Notes: generated by a model not told the origin, from the sequence alone. Counted from the stretch's first letter, positions 38,356-49,328 are shown. The stretch is DNA of 64,000 nt from Desulfobacterales bacterium (GCA_030066785.1 JASJAZ010000071.1:4571-68570); one strand, 5' to 3'. Numbers and translations: made by a program.

Positions 38356-38531
38356 ACCTACCTCCTTAGCAATTCCAGCGCCTGGGGCAAAAGGACGGAT
38401 ATCCAGACCTTAGAAATTATAAAATAGCGCCTGGTCGGTGTCAAATTATCGCAAGTGATACTTACCAATGTTTGGTCGTTACGTTAAGAAGCTGCGGGAT
38501 TGTCACAACAACTATAACCCATTATAATAAA

Positions 38532-38547
38532 AGCAAAATAAATGCCA
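38532..38547 (-). promoter_or_regulatory. Sigma54 -24/-12 promoter of the 38355/36814 operon
   Basis: Minus-strand TGGCATTTATTTTGCT: GG and GC dinucleotides at exact spacing, ~175 bp upstream of the ATG. Confidence 0.7.
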
Positions 38548-38887
38548 CCGCAGTCATAATTATCTTAGATAAACTCTCATCAAAGATAACTGCTAAAAAT
38601 CTCTTTATGGCGTCTTTCTAAGGGTTTTTATCCAAATCGAAATGAAATGATGATTAGAGTACCTTGGTAAATGAACAACACCTGTACGATTTTATGGAGG
38701 GCAGCGGCTAATATTTAACAGCATGTGTATCTTTTTATATACTGAAAAATCGGCAATCAATCCGGTCAAGTGGCGATAGTTATGGGGCGTTCCGTGATGA
38801 ATATGAATACCCAAGCAACAAACAAACGCCTTATTGACCCGCTAGATTCATTAAAAGCGCCGCTGCCAATGGGCGCGGTTTATGTAT

Positions 38888-40258
38888 TCATGAGGATGGC
38901 ACTAACAATCGGATTTGTATTAATACCAATGGTCTATTTCCTAAATTCGTAATACAAATGTCTGAATCTGAAAATTTGGGCGTTATATCGCCTGCTCTTA
39001 GGTCTTCACACATTTGGCTGCTTGCAATTCGAGCTTGGCCTTCTATGACCATAAAACGATCAGATGTATTCGCACTTTTTGGCAGTCGACAATCCATTTT
39101 TGATAAAACATTTATCCGGTAGGTTTGCAACGTGTCGGTATTTTCCAATTCTTTGGCACTGCCCCAAGGGGAAAATACCGTTTTATGCGCGTGATACTCG
39201 CTGCGACCCTTAGCTTTTAAGCGCGCCACTATCTTTTTAACATCGCGACTTCTTTTTAGATCAGAAACAAATACCGAATCCGGGGTTTCGATCACCACCA
39301 TGTTATGAATATGGTTGGTGGCAATCAATCGATCGCGACCCATAATAAAACAATGGGTCGTATCTTCGCAGACCACGTCACCTGACAAAACATTGTTTTG
39401 ATCGTCTTTGGGTAAAAAATCGTATAGCGAGTTCCATGACCCTATATCACTCCACCCAAAATCAGATGGTAGCACAACCCCACGATCTGTTTTTTCCATA
39501 ATCGCATAGTCGATCGAAATATTGGCCAGTTGCGCATAACCGTTTTCGGTAACCGTTGGCTGATTTTGAAGCAGCATTTGCATCTCACGCAGAAGCTGCG
39601 GCTGATGCATCTCAAATTCTTTGATCATGATCGATGCCTTGAAAGCAAACATACCACTATTCCAGAAGTAATTACCGGCAGCCAGATACCGTTGCGCAGT
39701 TTCGAGATCCGGCTTTTCCACAAATCGCTTAATAACCAGTGCCCCGTGATCAACTGTTTGCGAACCTTCGATGTACCCGTAACCGGTTTCGGGATAATCG
39801 GGCGTGATGCCAAAAGTAACAATATATCCCTCCGATGCCAGTGCCACCGCTGATCTCAGTTTACCCTGAAAACCTTCACTATCACGAATGACGTGATCAG
39901 CTGGAAATACACAAATGATGGCATCGGTATGCTTTTTAAGAATTGACAGAAGGGCCAATAAAATTGCCGGAGCCGTATTGCGTCCGCAGGGTTCGCTAAT
40001 AATGTTGCCTTCGGCACGAATACCGAGTTCATCCAGATGCTTGGCAATTTCATATAAATGCTCGGTTCCGCATACGATCCGGAAACTTTCAGCATCGAAA
40101 ACCGGAATCAATCGCTTAACCGTACTCTGAATTAAAGAATCACGACCCATAAAATTGACGAGCTGTTTGGGATAGAGCTTGCGCGATACCGGCCAGAGAC
40201 GGGTACCCGAACCACCAGCCAACAATACCGCATATATGTCCAGACTATCATCGGACAT
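38888..40258 (-). CDS. manC: Mannose-1-phosphate guanylyltransferase (ManC-type) with a degenerate cupin domain
   Basis: LAGGSGTRLWPVSRKLYPKQ, EPCGRNTAPA, PADH, FVEKP, WNSGMF, SIDYAIME, GWSDIGSW. Start MSDDSL overlaps the dnaE stop. Confidence 0.88.
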   Translation of the reverse strand: MSDDSLDIYAVLLAGGSGTRLWPVSRKLYPKQLVNFMGRDSLIQSTVKRLIPVFDAESFRIVCGTEHLYEIAKHLDELGIRAEGNIISEPCGRNTAPAILLALLSILKKHTDAIICVFPADHVIRDSEGFQGKLRSAVALASEGYIVTFGITPDYPETGYGYIEGSQTVDHGALVIKRFVEKPDLETAQRYLAAGNYFWNSGMFAFKASIMIKEFEMHQPQLLREMQMLLQNQPTVTENGYAQLANISIDYAIMEKTDRGVVLPSDFGWSDIGSWNSLYDFLPKDDQNNVLSGDVVCEDTTHCFIMGRDRLIATNHIHNMVVIETPDSVFVSDLKRSRDVKKIVARLKAKGRSEYHAHKTVFSPWGSAKELENTDTLQTYRINVLSKMDCRLPKSANTSDRFMVIEGQARIASSQMCEDLRAGDITPKFSDSDICITNLGNRPLVLIQIRLLVPSS

Positions 40259-43200
40259 AGTTCTTTTTTCCTCTGCGCTGATTGTGTTTGATACCATTGG
40301 CCCGCGAAGCCTCAAACACCGTAACGCAATCGGTGGTGACAGCCTGATAACCCAACGCACGTTTCACTTCACGGTTCAGTTCGGATCCAGCGCGCAGGCG
40401 TAAAGCGTCCGGCAGAGCAATGATCGTCTCGCTTTTCTCGGGCTCATTCAAGTGAATAAAGGCTCGGCAGGAACCAGAATGTCTTTGAAGCGCATCATGC
40501 AATTTGATCAATGCCTCACGATCGGTGTGGCTGATATCTAAATTTAGATGAATATTGGCGGTCCAGGTTTCTTCCGCCCGATCCATTTTAACGATGGTCT
40601 CGGCCAACAGTTTGACAGCTTTTTCTTCCTTCTGAACGGTCGCCTGCACTATTATCGGATTGTCCTCAAAGAGGACCTCACGCACTTCGGCGTAAATTGA
40701 GCTGAATACGGTGATTTCCACCACCCCCTGCATATCCTCCAAGGTAACAAAGGCCATCTGTTCACCACGGCGTGTCATAATGGTTTTAACCGCTTTTACG
40801 GTTCCGCCAATACGAACCGCTTGCCCATCTTTCAGCTCCTTGATTGACAGGCAGTTAGAGTTAGCAAATTTCTCCAAAATATGGGCATATTGCTTCAGGG
40901 GATGGCCGGAGATGTAGAAGCCCAGCGCTTCCTTTTCATAGGATAAGCGTTGTTTTTCGCCCCATTCATCGATTTGTGGTATCAACGGACAATTAATTGC
41001 CTGTGGCGACCCGGAGGAAGCTGCAAACAATCCCATTTGGGGATCGGCTTTTTCTTTCTGAACACGTTGACCATAATCAGTGGCGTCTTCAAGGACAGCC
41101 ATCATACGACTGCGATAGTCGCCTGTGGAGTCAAAAGCGCCCGCTTTGATGAGGCTTTCGATAACTCGCTTATTAACTTTTCTTAGATCGACCCGCTCGC
41201 AAAACTCAATCAACGATGTAAAGAGACCATTATCCCGCATGGCAATAATGGTTTCGATGGCGCTTTCACCGACGTTTTTAACAGCCACCAGTCCAAAACG
41301 AATTTTACCATCAGCCACCGTGAATTCGACATTGCTAGCGTTAATATCAGGCGGAAGCACTTCGATGTCATGATGACGACATTCCTCAATAAACTTCACC
41401 ACCCCATCGGTCGATTGCATTTCACTGGTAAGCAGCGCCGCCAGAAACTCCACGGGGAAGTGGGTTTTTAAAAAGGCGGTCTGATAGGCAATCAGCGCGT
41501 AAGCCGCACTATGTGATTTATTAAATCCGTAGCCCCCAAATTTTTCCATGAGGTTAAAAATGGTTGCCGCTTTGTCATTGGGAATGTTGTTGGCAAGGGC
41601 CCCATCAATAAACCGGTTCCGATGCTGATCCATGATGTCTTGAATTTTCTTCCCCATGGCTTTGCGCAGATCATCGGCTTCCGCCATGGAATAATTGGCC
41701 AGATTACCGGCAATTTTCATGACCTGCTCTTGATAGACGATGACGCCGTAAGTTTCTTTAAGAATCGGTTCCAGTTCGGGCAATAGGTATTCTACTTGCT
41801 TGCGCCCGTGTTTGCGTTTAACGAAATCGTCAATCATGCCGCTTTCCATGGGGCCAGGCCGATACAGCGCCACCAATGCAATGATATCATCAAAACACTC
41901 CGGTTTCAGACGGACCAGTAAATCTTTCATTCCCGAACTTTCCAGCTGAAACACGCCGGTGGTATCGCCTGAGGCTAATAATCGATACGTATCGGCATCA
42001 TCCAAGTCTAAATTGTCAATATCGGGCGGCAAATTACCTTGCTCTTTAATCAGTTCCAGTGTCTTTTGAATCACGGTTAGGTTACGCAACCCTAAAAAAT
42101 CAAATTTGACGAGCCCGATTTTTTCAACACATTTCATATCGAACTGTGTGACGACTTCACCCTTTTTCCCTTTGTATAAGGGCAAATAATCCATCAGTGG
42201 CTTGTCGCCGATAACAACCCCGGCTGCATGCGTGGAGGCATGCCGCGGAAGGCCTTCCAATACACGGCAAATACTGATCAAATTGGCAACTTCCGGTTTC
42301 TGTTCGGCCAACTCAACCAATCGCGGCTCCTGTTCAAGGGCGTCATCCAAGCCGATGTTGAGCACATCGGGAACCATTTTGGCAATCGCGTCCACCTCAT
42401 GCAACGGAATATCAAGGGCGCGGCCCACATCCCGAATGACGGCCCTGGTCTTTAATTTTCCAAAAGTAATAATCTGAGCGACATATTCCCCTCCGCCATA
42501 ACGTTCCGCCACATATTTGAATACTTCTTCACGCCCATTAATGCAGAAATCCACATCGATATCCGGCATGCTTTTGCGGGCAGGATTTAAAAACCGTTCA
42601 AAAATTAAACCATGCTCAATCGGATCCAAGTTGGTGATGCCAAGCGCGTAGGCCACCAAGCTGCCGGCTGCCGATCCCCTTCCGGGCCCGACGGGGATAT
42701 TGTTTTGTTTGGCATACCGGATAAAATCAGCAACAATTAAAAAATAGCCGGGAAACCCCATATCCTTAATAAGCGAAACTTCATAATCAAGCCTCTGACG
42801 GTAACGTTCTTCGTCCAGCGCCGGATTTTTGTTTTTGATTTGTTCAAGCACCCGGCCAAAGCCATCGCGGACTTGGGTCTCAAATAAAGCTGCTTCAGAC
42901 TGATCCGATGCGTTTTCAAAGGTGGGGAAATGGTACGTATTAAAATCAAAATCAATATGACACCGCGCGGCAATCGCCGCAGTGTTTTCGATGGCGCCTG
43001 GGTAGTGACTAAAAGCGGCTTGCATTTCGCTTTTGGATTTAAAGTAGAGTTGGTCCGTGCGAAACTTAAACCGCTCCGAATCATGAACGGTTTTGCCGGT
43101 TTGCACGCACAATAGAACATCATGGGCTTTGATATCGTCTTTATCCAGGTAATGGCAGTCATTGCTGGCCACTAAAGGGATTGATAGCCTTTGGCTCATA

Positions 43201-43787
43201 TCCAATAATGCCTGGTTGACTTTTTCCTGCTCCTCCATCCCGTTGTTTTGCACTTCCAGGTAAAAATGCTCGTCACCGAATAATTGGAGGTATTCAAGAG
43301 CGGCTTGGTCAGCGGCCTGAGTGTTGCCGGTTTTTAAAAGCTTGGGGATTTCACCGTTCAGGCAAGCAGTCAGTGCAATCAGTCCCTGGTGGTTTGCATG
43401 TAAGAGCTCCTTGTCAATGCGTGGGCGGTAGTAAAATCCCTTTAAGTGGGCAATGGAAACCATTTTACACAGATTGCGGTAGCCCTCAGGATCTTTAGCC
43501 AGCAGTATCAAGTGCGACAACCCTTTGTTGTCTTCGGGCGTTTTGTCGGAAAGCGACCTTGGTGCAACGTAGCATTCGCAGCCAATAATTGGTTTGATAC
43601 CGGCCTTGGTGGCTTTCATGAAGAAATCCAAAGCACCAAACATGGTGCCATGATCTGTAATCGCGACGGTATCCATCTGAAATTCGGTCGCCCGTTTCAA
43701 CAATCGATCAATCCGCACGGCACCGTCGAGCAAACTATATTCTGTGTGAACGTGCAGATGCACAAAATCAGGTTCTGGTGTTTTCAT
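40248..43787 (-). CDS. dnaE: DNA polymerase III alpha subunit
   Basis: PHP HLHVHTEYSLLDG, GRGSAAGSLVAY, SMPDIDVDF, VKFDFLGL, FNKSHS, OB domain. Confidence 0.97.
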   Translation of the reverse strand: MKTPEPDFVHLHVHTEYSLLDGAVRIDRLLKRATEFQMDTVAITDHGTMFGALDFFMKATKAGIKPIIGCECYVAPRSLSDKTPEDNKGLSHLILLAKDPEGYRNLCKMVSIAHLKGFYYRPRIDKELLHANHQGLIALTACLNGEIPKLLKTGNTQAADQAALEYLQLFGDEHFYLEVQNNGMEEQEKVNQALLDMSQRLSIPLVASNDCHYLDKDDIKAHDVLLCVQTGKTVHDSERFKFRTDQLYFKSKSEMQAAFSHYPGAIENTAAIAARCHIDFDFNTYHFPTFENASDQSEAALFETQVRDGFGRVLEQIKNKNPALDEERYRQRLDYEVSLIKDMGFPGYFLIVADFIRYAKQNNIPVGPGRGSAAGSLVAYALGITNLDPIEHGLIFERFLNPARKSMPDIDVDFCINGREEVFKYVAERYGGGEYVAQIITFGKLKTRAVIRDVGRALDIPLHEVDAIAKMVPDVLNIGLDDALEQEPRLVELAEQKPEVANLISICRVLEGLPRHASTHAAGVVIGDKPLMDYLPLYKGKKGEVVTQFDMKCVEKIGLVKFDFLGLRNLTVIQKTLELIKEQGNLPPDIDNLDLDDADTYRLLASGDTTGVFQLESSGMKDLLVRLKPECFDDIIALVALYRPGPMESGMIDDFVKRKHGRKQVEYLLPELEPILKETYGVIVYQEQVMKIAGNLANYSMAEADDLRKAMGKKIQDIMDQHRNRFIDGALANNIPNDKAATIFNLMEKFGGYGFNKSHSAAYALIAYQTAFLKTHFPVEFLAALLTSEMQSTDGVVKFIEECRHHDIEVLPPDINASNVEFTVADGKIRFGLVAVKNVGESAIETIIAMRDNGLFTSLIEFCERVDLRKVNKRVIESLIKAGAFDSTGDYRSRMMAVLEDATDYGQRVQKEKADPQMGLFAASSGSPQAINCPLIPQIDEWGEKQRLSYEKEALGFYISGHPLKQYAHILEKFANSNCLSIKELKDGQAVRIGGTVKAVKTIMTRRGEQMAFVTLEDMQGVVEITVFSSIYAEVREVLFEDNPIIVQATVQKEEKAVKLLAETIVKMDRAEETWTANIHLNLDISHTDREALIKLHDALQRHSGSCRAFIHLNEPEKSETIIALPDALRLRAGSELNREVKRALGYQAVTTDCVTVFEASRANGIKHNQRRGKKNYVR

Positions 43788-43934
43788 TTTGATTGGTTCA
43801 GCAGGTTAATACCGGTTGACATATTGATGTTGGCGTTAGTGTCTTTTCAAAACAACAGGCTCTAGTGGAATTTGTTCAACTGCACAGTGTACGGCCATGG
43901 AGACAATCCAATGTTGGCAATACACCCCATACCC

Positions 43935-45398
43935 TTAATCCAAACGATAGTTGGGCGCTTCTTTGGTGATAATAACATCGTGCACATGGCTTTCGCGCAT
44001 GCCGGCGGCACTTATTTTCATAAATCGCGCTTTTTCACGTAACTCGTCAATCGTGCGACAACCCAAATAGCCCATGCCGGCCCTAAGCCCACCAACCAAT
44101 TGAAAAATAATTGCCGATAATGGGCCGCTATAAGGTACCCTTCCAACGATGCCTTCAGGAACCAATTTGTCAGGTTCGGGTTCTTCCGTCTGATAATAAC
44201 GATCCTTACTTCCTTTTTTCATGGCTTCAATGGAACCCATCCCGCGATATACCTTGTAGCTGCGTCCCTGGAAAAAAATCTGTTCGCCCGGGCTTTCCGC
44301 CGTACCAGCCAGGATTCCCCCGAGCATGACGGTATGTGCACCGGCTCCAATCGATTTGGTAATATCACCCGAAAATCGAATACCGCCGTCGGCAATCAAA
44401 GGGACGCCGGTCTGGCTGGATACCGATCGACAATTTAAAATCGCCGTTACTTGAGGAACACCAACGCCGGCGACAACGCGTGTCGTGCAAATCGAACCCG
44501 GCCCGATCCCAATTTTAACACCGTCCACCCCCGCTTTAACAAGATCCTTGGCACCCTTGGCTGTAGCCACATTGCCGGCAATGAGTTCAACATCATTAAA
44601 GGTTGCTTTTAGCTCCTGAACAGCTTCAATTACATTTTTGGAATGCCCGTGGGAAGTATCGATGGCAAGTATATCGGCACCGGCATTTAATAAGCTTTCA
44701 GCACGTTCCAGCATATCGGACCCGACTCCGATGGCTGCACCGACCCGTAGACGTCCCATGCTATCCTTACAGGCATTGGGATATTTCTTTATTTTTTCAA
44801 TGTCTTTAATCGTTATCATTCCGGTGAGTCGCCCCTGCTTGTCAACTACCAGCAGTTTTTCAATCCGGTGTTGGTGCAGCAGTTTTTTGGACTCTTGCAG
44901 CGAAATACCCTCCGTCACAGTAACCAGGTTCTCGCTGGTCATGACGTCTGCAACCTTTTTCTCCATATCGGTTTCAAACCGCAAGTCGCGGTTGGTGACA
45001 ATGCCTACCAGTTGTTCGCCCTTGGTAACCGGCAGGCCCGAAATCCGGTATTGCTCCATTAGTTTTAAAACTTCATGAACCGGCTGTTCCGGTCGAATCG
45101 TAACAGGATCGACAATCATGCCGCTTTCTGATTTTTTAACCCGATTAACTTCCATTGCTTGGCTTTTGATACTCATATTGCGATGAATAAAACCCAAGCC
45201 CCCTTCGCGGGCCATGGTAATGGAAGTATCAGCCTCAGTAACCGTGTCCATGGCCGCACTCACAATCGGAATGTTGAGTGAAATGTTACGGGTCAATTGT
45301 GATTGGGTATTAACCTCTTTGGGCAAAATATCCGAATAATCAGGAATCAGGAGCACATCATCAAATGAAAAAGCGTCTACCGGCGGTTGGTTGACCAT
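43935..45398 (-). CDS. guaB: IMP dehydrogenase
   Basis: [17 protein letters not shown] pair, [27 protein letters not shown]. Start MVNQ behind GGAGG. Confidence 0.97.
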   Translation of the reverse strand: MVNQPPVDAFSFDDVLLIPDYSDILPKEVNTQSQLTRNISLNIPIVSAAMDTVTEADTSITMAREGGLGFIHRNMSIKSQAMEVNRVKKSESGMIVDPVTIRPEQPVHEVLKLMEQYRISGLPVTKGEQLVGIVTNRDLRFETDMEKKVADVMTSENLVTVTEGISLQESKKLLHQHRIEKLLVVDKQGRLTGMITIKDIEKIKKYPNACKDSMGRLRVGAAIGVGSDMLERAESLLNAGADILAIDTSHGHSKNVIEAVQELKATFNDVELIAGNVATAKGAKDLVKAGVDGVKIGIGPGSICTTRVVAGVGVPQVTAILNCRSVSSQTGVPLIADGGIRFSGDITKSIGAGAHTVMLGGILAGTAESPGEQIFFQGRSYKVYRGMGSIEAMKKGSKDRYYQTEEPEPDKLVPEGIVGRVPYSGPLSAIIFQLVGGLRAGMGYLGCRTIDELREKARFMKISAAGMRESHVHDVIITKEAPNYRLD

Positions 45399-45604
45399 TA
45401 AAATCCCTCCAAATGAATTTGCATTATCTTCATATTGATAGATTGCAGCCGGCGTCAAATGGGCTTACACGGTTGCAAATGCTATGTGTTGATTGCTTAA
45501 AGGCAAGATTGCATACGAAGCTGTCGGCGATAACCGTGAGGATCATGCCATGATTGATTAAGCCCTCCGCATAACAAATGGACCGGGCTTTGACAATCTT
45601 TTAT

Positions 45605-45633
45605 TTGACAACTTTCTGTAGCATCGGTAGAAA
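45605..45633 (+). promoter_or_regulatory. Candidate sigma70 promoter
   Basis: TTGACA-N17-TAGAAA upstream of the gene at 45710. Confidence 0.4.
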
Positions 45634-45709
45634 CAATTTTTCCAATGACCAATCGGCAATTGGTATCATCCGTTTAGATGATCCGATTTTAATTATGTGA
45701 ATTGTATCG

Positions 45710-46318
45710 ATGCTGCTTAAAATTAATCCCATAAATCCTCAAGTCAGATTAGTCGACAAAGTTTCCGCTATTTTAAAAAGAGGGGGCATCATTGCCTATC
45801 CGACAGATACCCATTACGGTATTGGATGCGATATATTTCACAAAAAATCGATTGAAGCCATCTATCAACTTAAACAGCGGCCCAAACACAAACCGTTCAG
45901 CTTTATTTGTTCCGATCTGAAGAATATCAGCCACTTTGCCAAGGTTTCTAACTATGCCTATAAAACCATGAAACGCCTGCTGCCGGGGCCTTATACGTTC
46001 GTTTTGGAGGGCTCGCGCATGGTTCCCAAAATCATGCTAACAAAACGCAAAACCGTGGGTATTCGTGTTCCCGACAATAAGATTTGCATTGAATTAATAA
46101 AAGCGATCGGAAATCCCATCATATCAACCAGTGCCACAACCCCTGCAAGTGACATATTGCATGATCCTTCCTTGATTCATGATTATTTTGGCAAACGTAT
46201 TGATGCCGTCATCGATGGCGGCCCTATCAGCGGATCCCCGTCCAGCATCATTTCTTTGATCAACGATGAACCGGAAGTGATCCGTGAAGGTTTAGGCGAT
46301 ATCAGTCTTTTTCAGTAG
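45710..46318 (+). CDS. Sua5/YciO/YrdC family (threonylcarbamoyl-AMP synthase-like, YciO-type)
   Basis: IAYPTDTHYGIGC, KQR, LPGPYTFVL, VGIRVPD, ISTSA. Confidence 0.9.
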   Translation: MLLKINPINPQVRLVDKVSAILKRGGIIAYPTDTHYGIGCDIFHKKSIEAIYQLKQRPKHKPFSFICSDLKNISHFAKVSNYAYKTMKRLLPGPYTFVLEGSRMVPKIMLTKRKTVGIRVPDNKICIELIKAIGNPIISTSATTPASDILHDPSLIHDYFGKRIDAVIDGGPISGSPSSIISLINDEPEVIREGLGDISLFQ

Positions 46319-46338
46319 AAAAAAGTCGACATTTAACC

Positions 46339-46370
46339 AAAAAAGCCGCTCTTTTGCGAGCGGCTTTTTT
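46339..46370. terminator. Bidirectional intrinsic terminator
   Basis: A6-GCCGCTC-loop-GAGCGGC-T6 between convergent genes. Confidence 0.9.
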
Positions 46371-46390
46371 GATTCAGTTAATCGGCATCC

Positions 46391-47287
46391 TTAGGGTGAA
46401 TTCGAATTATACAGGTAAGCGGGGTTGCCTCCGGATGTAACCATGCGTTCATCCATGATCTTAAAAACCGAATCCATTAAATAACGCAGCCAAGACATCT
46501 TTTTGGGCTTGGCATAAACAGTGTCGATTTTGCCTTCAATACCACCAAGTTTTCCGGCCCACTCAACCGCATCTTCAATATTTCCCAGACGGTCAACCAG
46601 CCCCAATTCTTTGGCTTCTTGACCCGTAAAGATTCGGCCATCTGCGAGAGTTTCAACCTCGGTCAGGTCCATTTTGCGACCATCTGCGATGGCCTTAACA
46701 AATTGGCGCTTGGTTTTATCGACAAACTCCTGAAGCAACGCTTTTTCCTCATCGGTCATATCGCGCACTGGTGAACCAATGTCTTTGAAATCACCGCTTT
46801 TTATGACAATTGGGCTCAGCCCGATTTTCTTCAACAGTTCCTGGAAATTGGTGTAACCGATGATGACACCTATGCTTCCGGTGATGGTGCCGGGATTGGC
46901 TACAATACCATTGGCTCCGGCGGCAATATAATAGCCTCCGGAGGCTGCAATGGCACCCATGGAGGCAATCACTTTTTTGGATCCGATGGTTTTACGAATC
47001 GCTCGGTAAATTTCTTGTGAGGGTCCCACCGAACCGCCCGGCGAATCAATTCGAATTACAATCGCTTTAATCGATTCATTTTCACGAAATTCTTTAAGGT
47101 TACGAACAATCTCTTCAGCTTCGGAAATCACACCCTTAATTTCAATGATGCCAACCCTTTCACCCGCAGCTAATTCTCCGCCTCTGGTTCCCAAAAGAAT
47201 CAGCAGGGAAACCAGAACAATTGTGGTTGCGATGATACCTGAAAAAATCAGCGTAAAAAATAGAAATGGGTGGCGTCTGGAAAACAT
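46391..47287 (-). CDS. sppA: Signal peptide peptidase SppA (short type)
   Basis: N-terminal TM, RIDSPGG, AASGGYYIA, TGSIGV, KSGDFKD, DGRIFTG. Confidence 0.93.
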   Translation of the reverse strand: MFSRRHPFLFFTLIFSGIIATTIVLVSLLILLGTRGGELAAGERVGIIEIKGVISEAEEIVRNLKEFRENESIKAIVIRIDSPGGSVGPSQEIYRAIRKTIGSKKVIASMGAIAASGGYYIAAGANGIVANPGTITGSIGVIIGYTNFQELLKKIGLSPIVIKSGDFKDIGSPVRDMTDEEKALLQEFVDKTKRQFVKAIADGRKMDLTEVETLADGRIFTGQEAKELGLVDRLGNIEDAVEWAGKLGGIEGKIDTVYAKPKKMSWLRYLMDSVFKIMDERMVTSGGNPAYLYNSNSP

Positions 47288-47367
47288 AATTATTTACGGC
47301 AACCGAGAGGTTAAAAAAAGCGATACACTTATTGAAAGCGCTGAGCAACCAGTGAGTTCGATAAGGA

Positions 47368-47388
47368 AAGGCGGTGTTTCACCGCCTT
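47368..47388 (-). terminator. Stem-loop downstream of rpsA
   Basis: Perfect 9-bp stem AAGGCGGTG-N3-CACCGCCTT. Confidence 0.55.
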
Positions 47389-47441
47389 ATTTCAATGCCG
47401 CTTTATTGTAAAAATGAATGTCTGGTTGGTTATCTAAAAAT

Positions 47442-49328
47442 TTACTCACCGGTTTTTTCTTCTTGATTCTCTTCGGGCGCATCGGGCTCAGTAGTGTTCT
47501 CGTTTAGTTTTTCCTGTAGATTTTCACGCAGGATCTCACCAAAGGTTGAGGTCGATTTGGGTATATTATTGACATATTCGCTCAGCAGACTTTGTTCATC
47601 TTCCATTTCAAGCCGTTTGATCGAGAGCCCAATGCGTCTTTCGTCACTATTGATATTCATCACTTTGGAGGTCAGAATATCGCCGACATTAAATTTGCCG
47701 ACAGGCGTTTTAATTTTTTCTTTGCTGATTTCCGACACATGCACCAAACCTTCAATGCCTTCTTCAAGTTCGACAAAAATACCGAAGTCGGTGACATTGG
47801 TAACCGTTCCTGTGATCTCTTTGCCGACCTCATAACGCTCGCTAACGGTTTCCCAGGGATCCGGTTGTAATTGCTTAACACCCAGAGAGAACCTCTCATT
47901 CTCTTTGTCAATATCTAGCACAATCGCTTGGACCACATCCCCTTTTTTGTAAAGCTCTGATGGATGCTTAATGCGTTTGGTCCAAGAAATATCGGAAATA
48001 TGCACTAAACCGTCAATGCCCTCGTCAATACCAATAAACAGACCAAAGTCGGTAATATTTTTAATTTTACCCTCGATGGTGGTGCCCACTGGGTATTTTT
48101 CGCTAATCACATCCCAGGGGTTGGGAACCACTTGTTTCATTCCTAAAGAAATACGTCGGCTTTCCGGGTTGATATCTAAAACAATGGCCTCGACATCGTC
48201 GCCCACCGCAACGACTTTGGAAGGGTGGCGAATTTTTCGCGTCCATGACATTTCAGAAACGTGAATCAGGCCTTCGATTCCCTCTTCCAATTCCACAAAG
48301 GCGCCGTAATCAGTTAAGCTAACCACCCGACCGGTCACTCGGGATTCAACCGGATATTTTTCGGTCGCATTTTCCCAGGGATCCTGGGTTAACTGTTTCA
48401 TGCCCAATGAAACGCGTTCCCGCTGCAAATCGAGATTGAGAATTTTTACCTCGATATTGTCGCCCACAGCAAAAAGTTCGGAAGGATGCTTGACGCGTCC
48501 CCATGAAATGTCGGTAATATGCAGCAAGCCGTCAACCCCGCCAAGATCCACGAACACGCCATATTCGGTAATGTTTTTAACAATGCCTTCCATGACCTTG
48601 CCTTCATGAATGGCCTCGAGCGTGGCAGAGCGTTGCGCTTCCCGCTCTTCTTCAAGAATAACCCGCCGTGACAAGACGATATTGCTGCGCTTGCGATTAT
48701 ATTTCAATATTTTGAATTGAAAGGTTTGACCCACCATATCATCTAAATTGCGAATGGGGCGCAGGTCCGCCTGGGAGCCAGGCAAAAAAGCAGTGACGCC
48801 AATGTCGACGGAAAACCCGCCTTTGACGCGATTGGTTATGACGCCTTCAACAATCCCTTCATCTTCGTAAGCTTTGCGAATATCTTCCCAGACTTTAACC
48901 TTCACCGCTTTTTCTTTGGAAAGCACCACGACTTCTTCATCGTCGTCCCACCATTCCACCATTATTTCAACAGAGTCACCGACATTGACATTAATGTCGC
49001 CGTTTTCATCCTTAAACTCTTGAATTCCGATTTGGCCTTCAGATTTATATCCAATATCAACCGACACAAAATCTTTGTCCACTGATATTATTTTCCCAGT
49101 AACGAGTTCACCTTCGCGGAAACGCTTGAAGCTTTCTTCATATAAATCCATCATGGATTCCATGCTAGCTTCCGAATCCGCGGTCTGAGCGGCATTTTTT
49201 TCAGTCTTTTCCGTTAGCGCTTCATTGTCTGAATCTGGTGTCGCATTCGTCCCGGCAATTGAAGTTGAATCGGAACCATCGGTCTGCTTGATTTGTTCGG
49301 TCTCGTCGTTATTTACCATGTTTACCAT
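47442..49328 (-). CDS. rpsA: 30S ribosomal protein S1
   Basis: Six S1 repeats (DIGYKSEG, AFLPGS, DGLLHITDISW, EGLIHVSEMSW, DGLVHISDISW, EGLVHVSEI); acidic terminal extensions. Confidence 0.97.
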   Translation of the reverse strand: MVNMVNNDETEQIKQTDGSDSTSIAGTNATPDSDNEALTEKTEKNAAQTADSEASMESMMDLYEESFKRFREGELVTGKIISVDKDFVSVDIGYKSEGQIGIQEFKDENGDINVNVGDSVEIMVEWWDDDEEVVVLSKEKAVKVKVWEDIRKAYEDEGIVEGVITNRVKGGFSVDIGVTAFLPGSQADLRPIRNLDDMVGQTFQFKILKYNRKRSNIVLSRRVILEEEREAQRSATLEAIHEGKVMEGIVKNITEYGVFVDLGGVDGLLHITDISWGRVKHPSELFAVGDNIEVKILNLDLQRERVSLGMKQLTQDPWENATEKYPVESRVTGRVVSLTDYGAFVELEEGIEGLIHVSEMSWTRKIRHPSKVVAVGDDVEAIVLDINPESRRISLGMKQVVPNPWDVISEKYPVGTTIEGKIKNITDFGLFIGIDEGIDGLVHISDISWTKRIKHPSELYKKGDVVQAIVLDIDKENERFSLGVKQLQPDPWETVSERYEVGKEITGTVTNVTDFGIFVELEEGIEGLVHVSEISKEKIKTPVGKFNVGDILTSKVMNINSDERRIGLSIKRLEMEDEQSLLSEYVNNIPKSTSTFGEILRENLQEKLNENTTEPDAPEENQEEKTGE

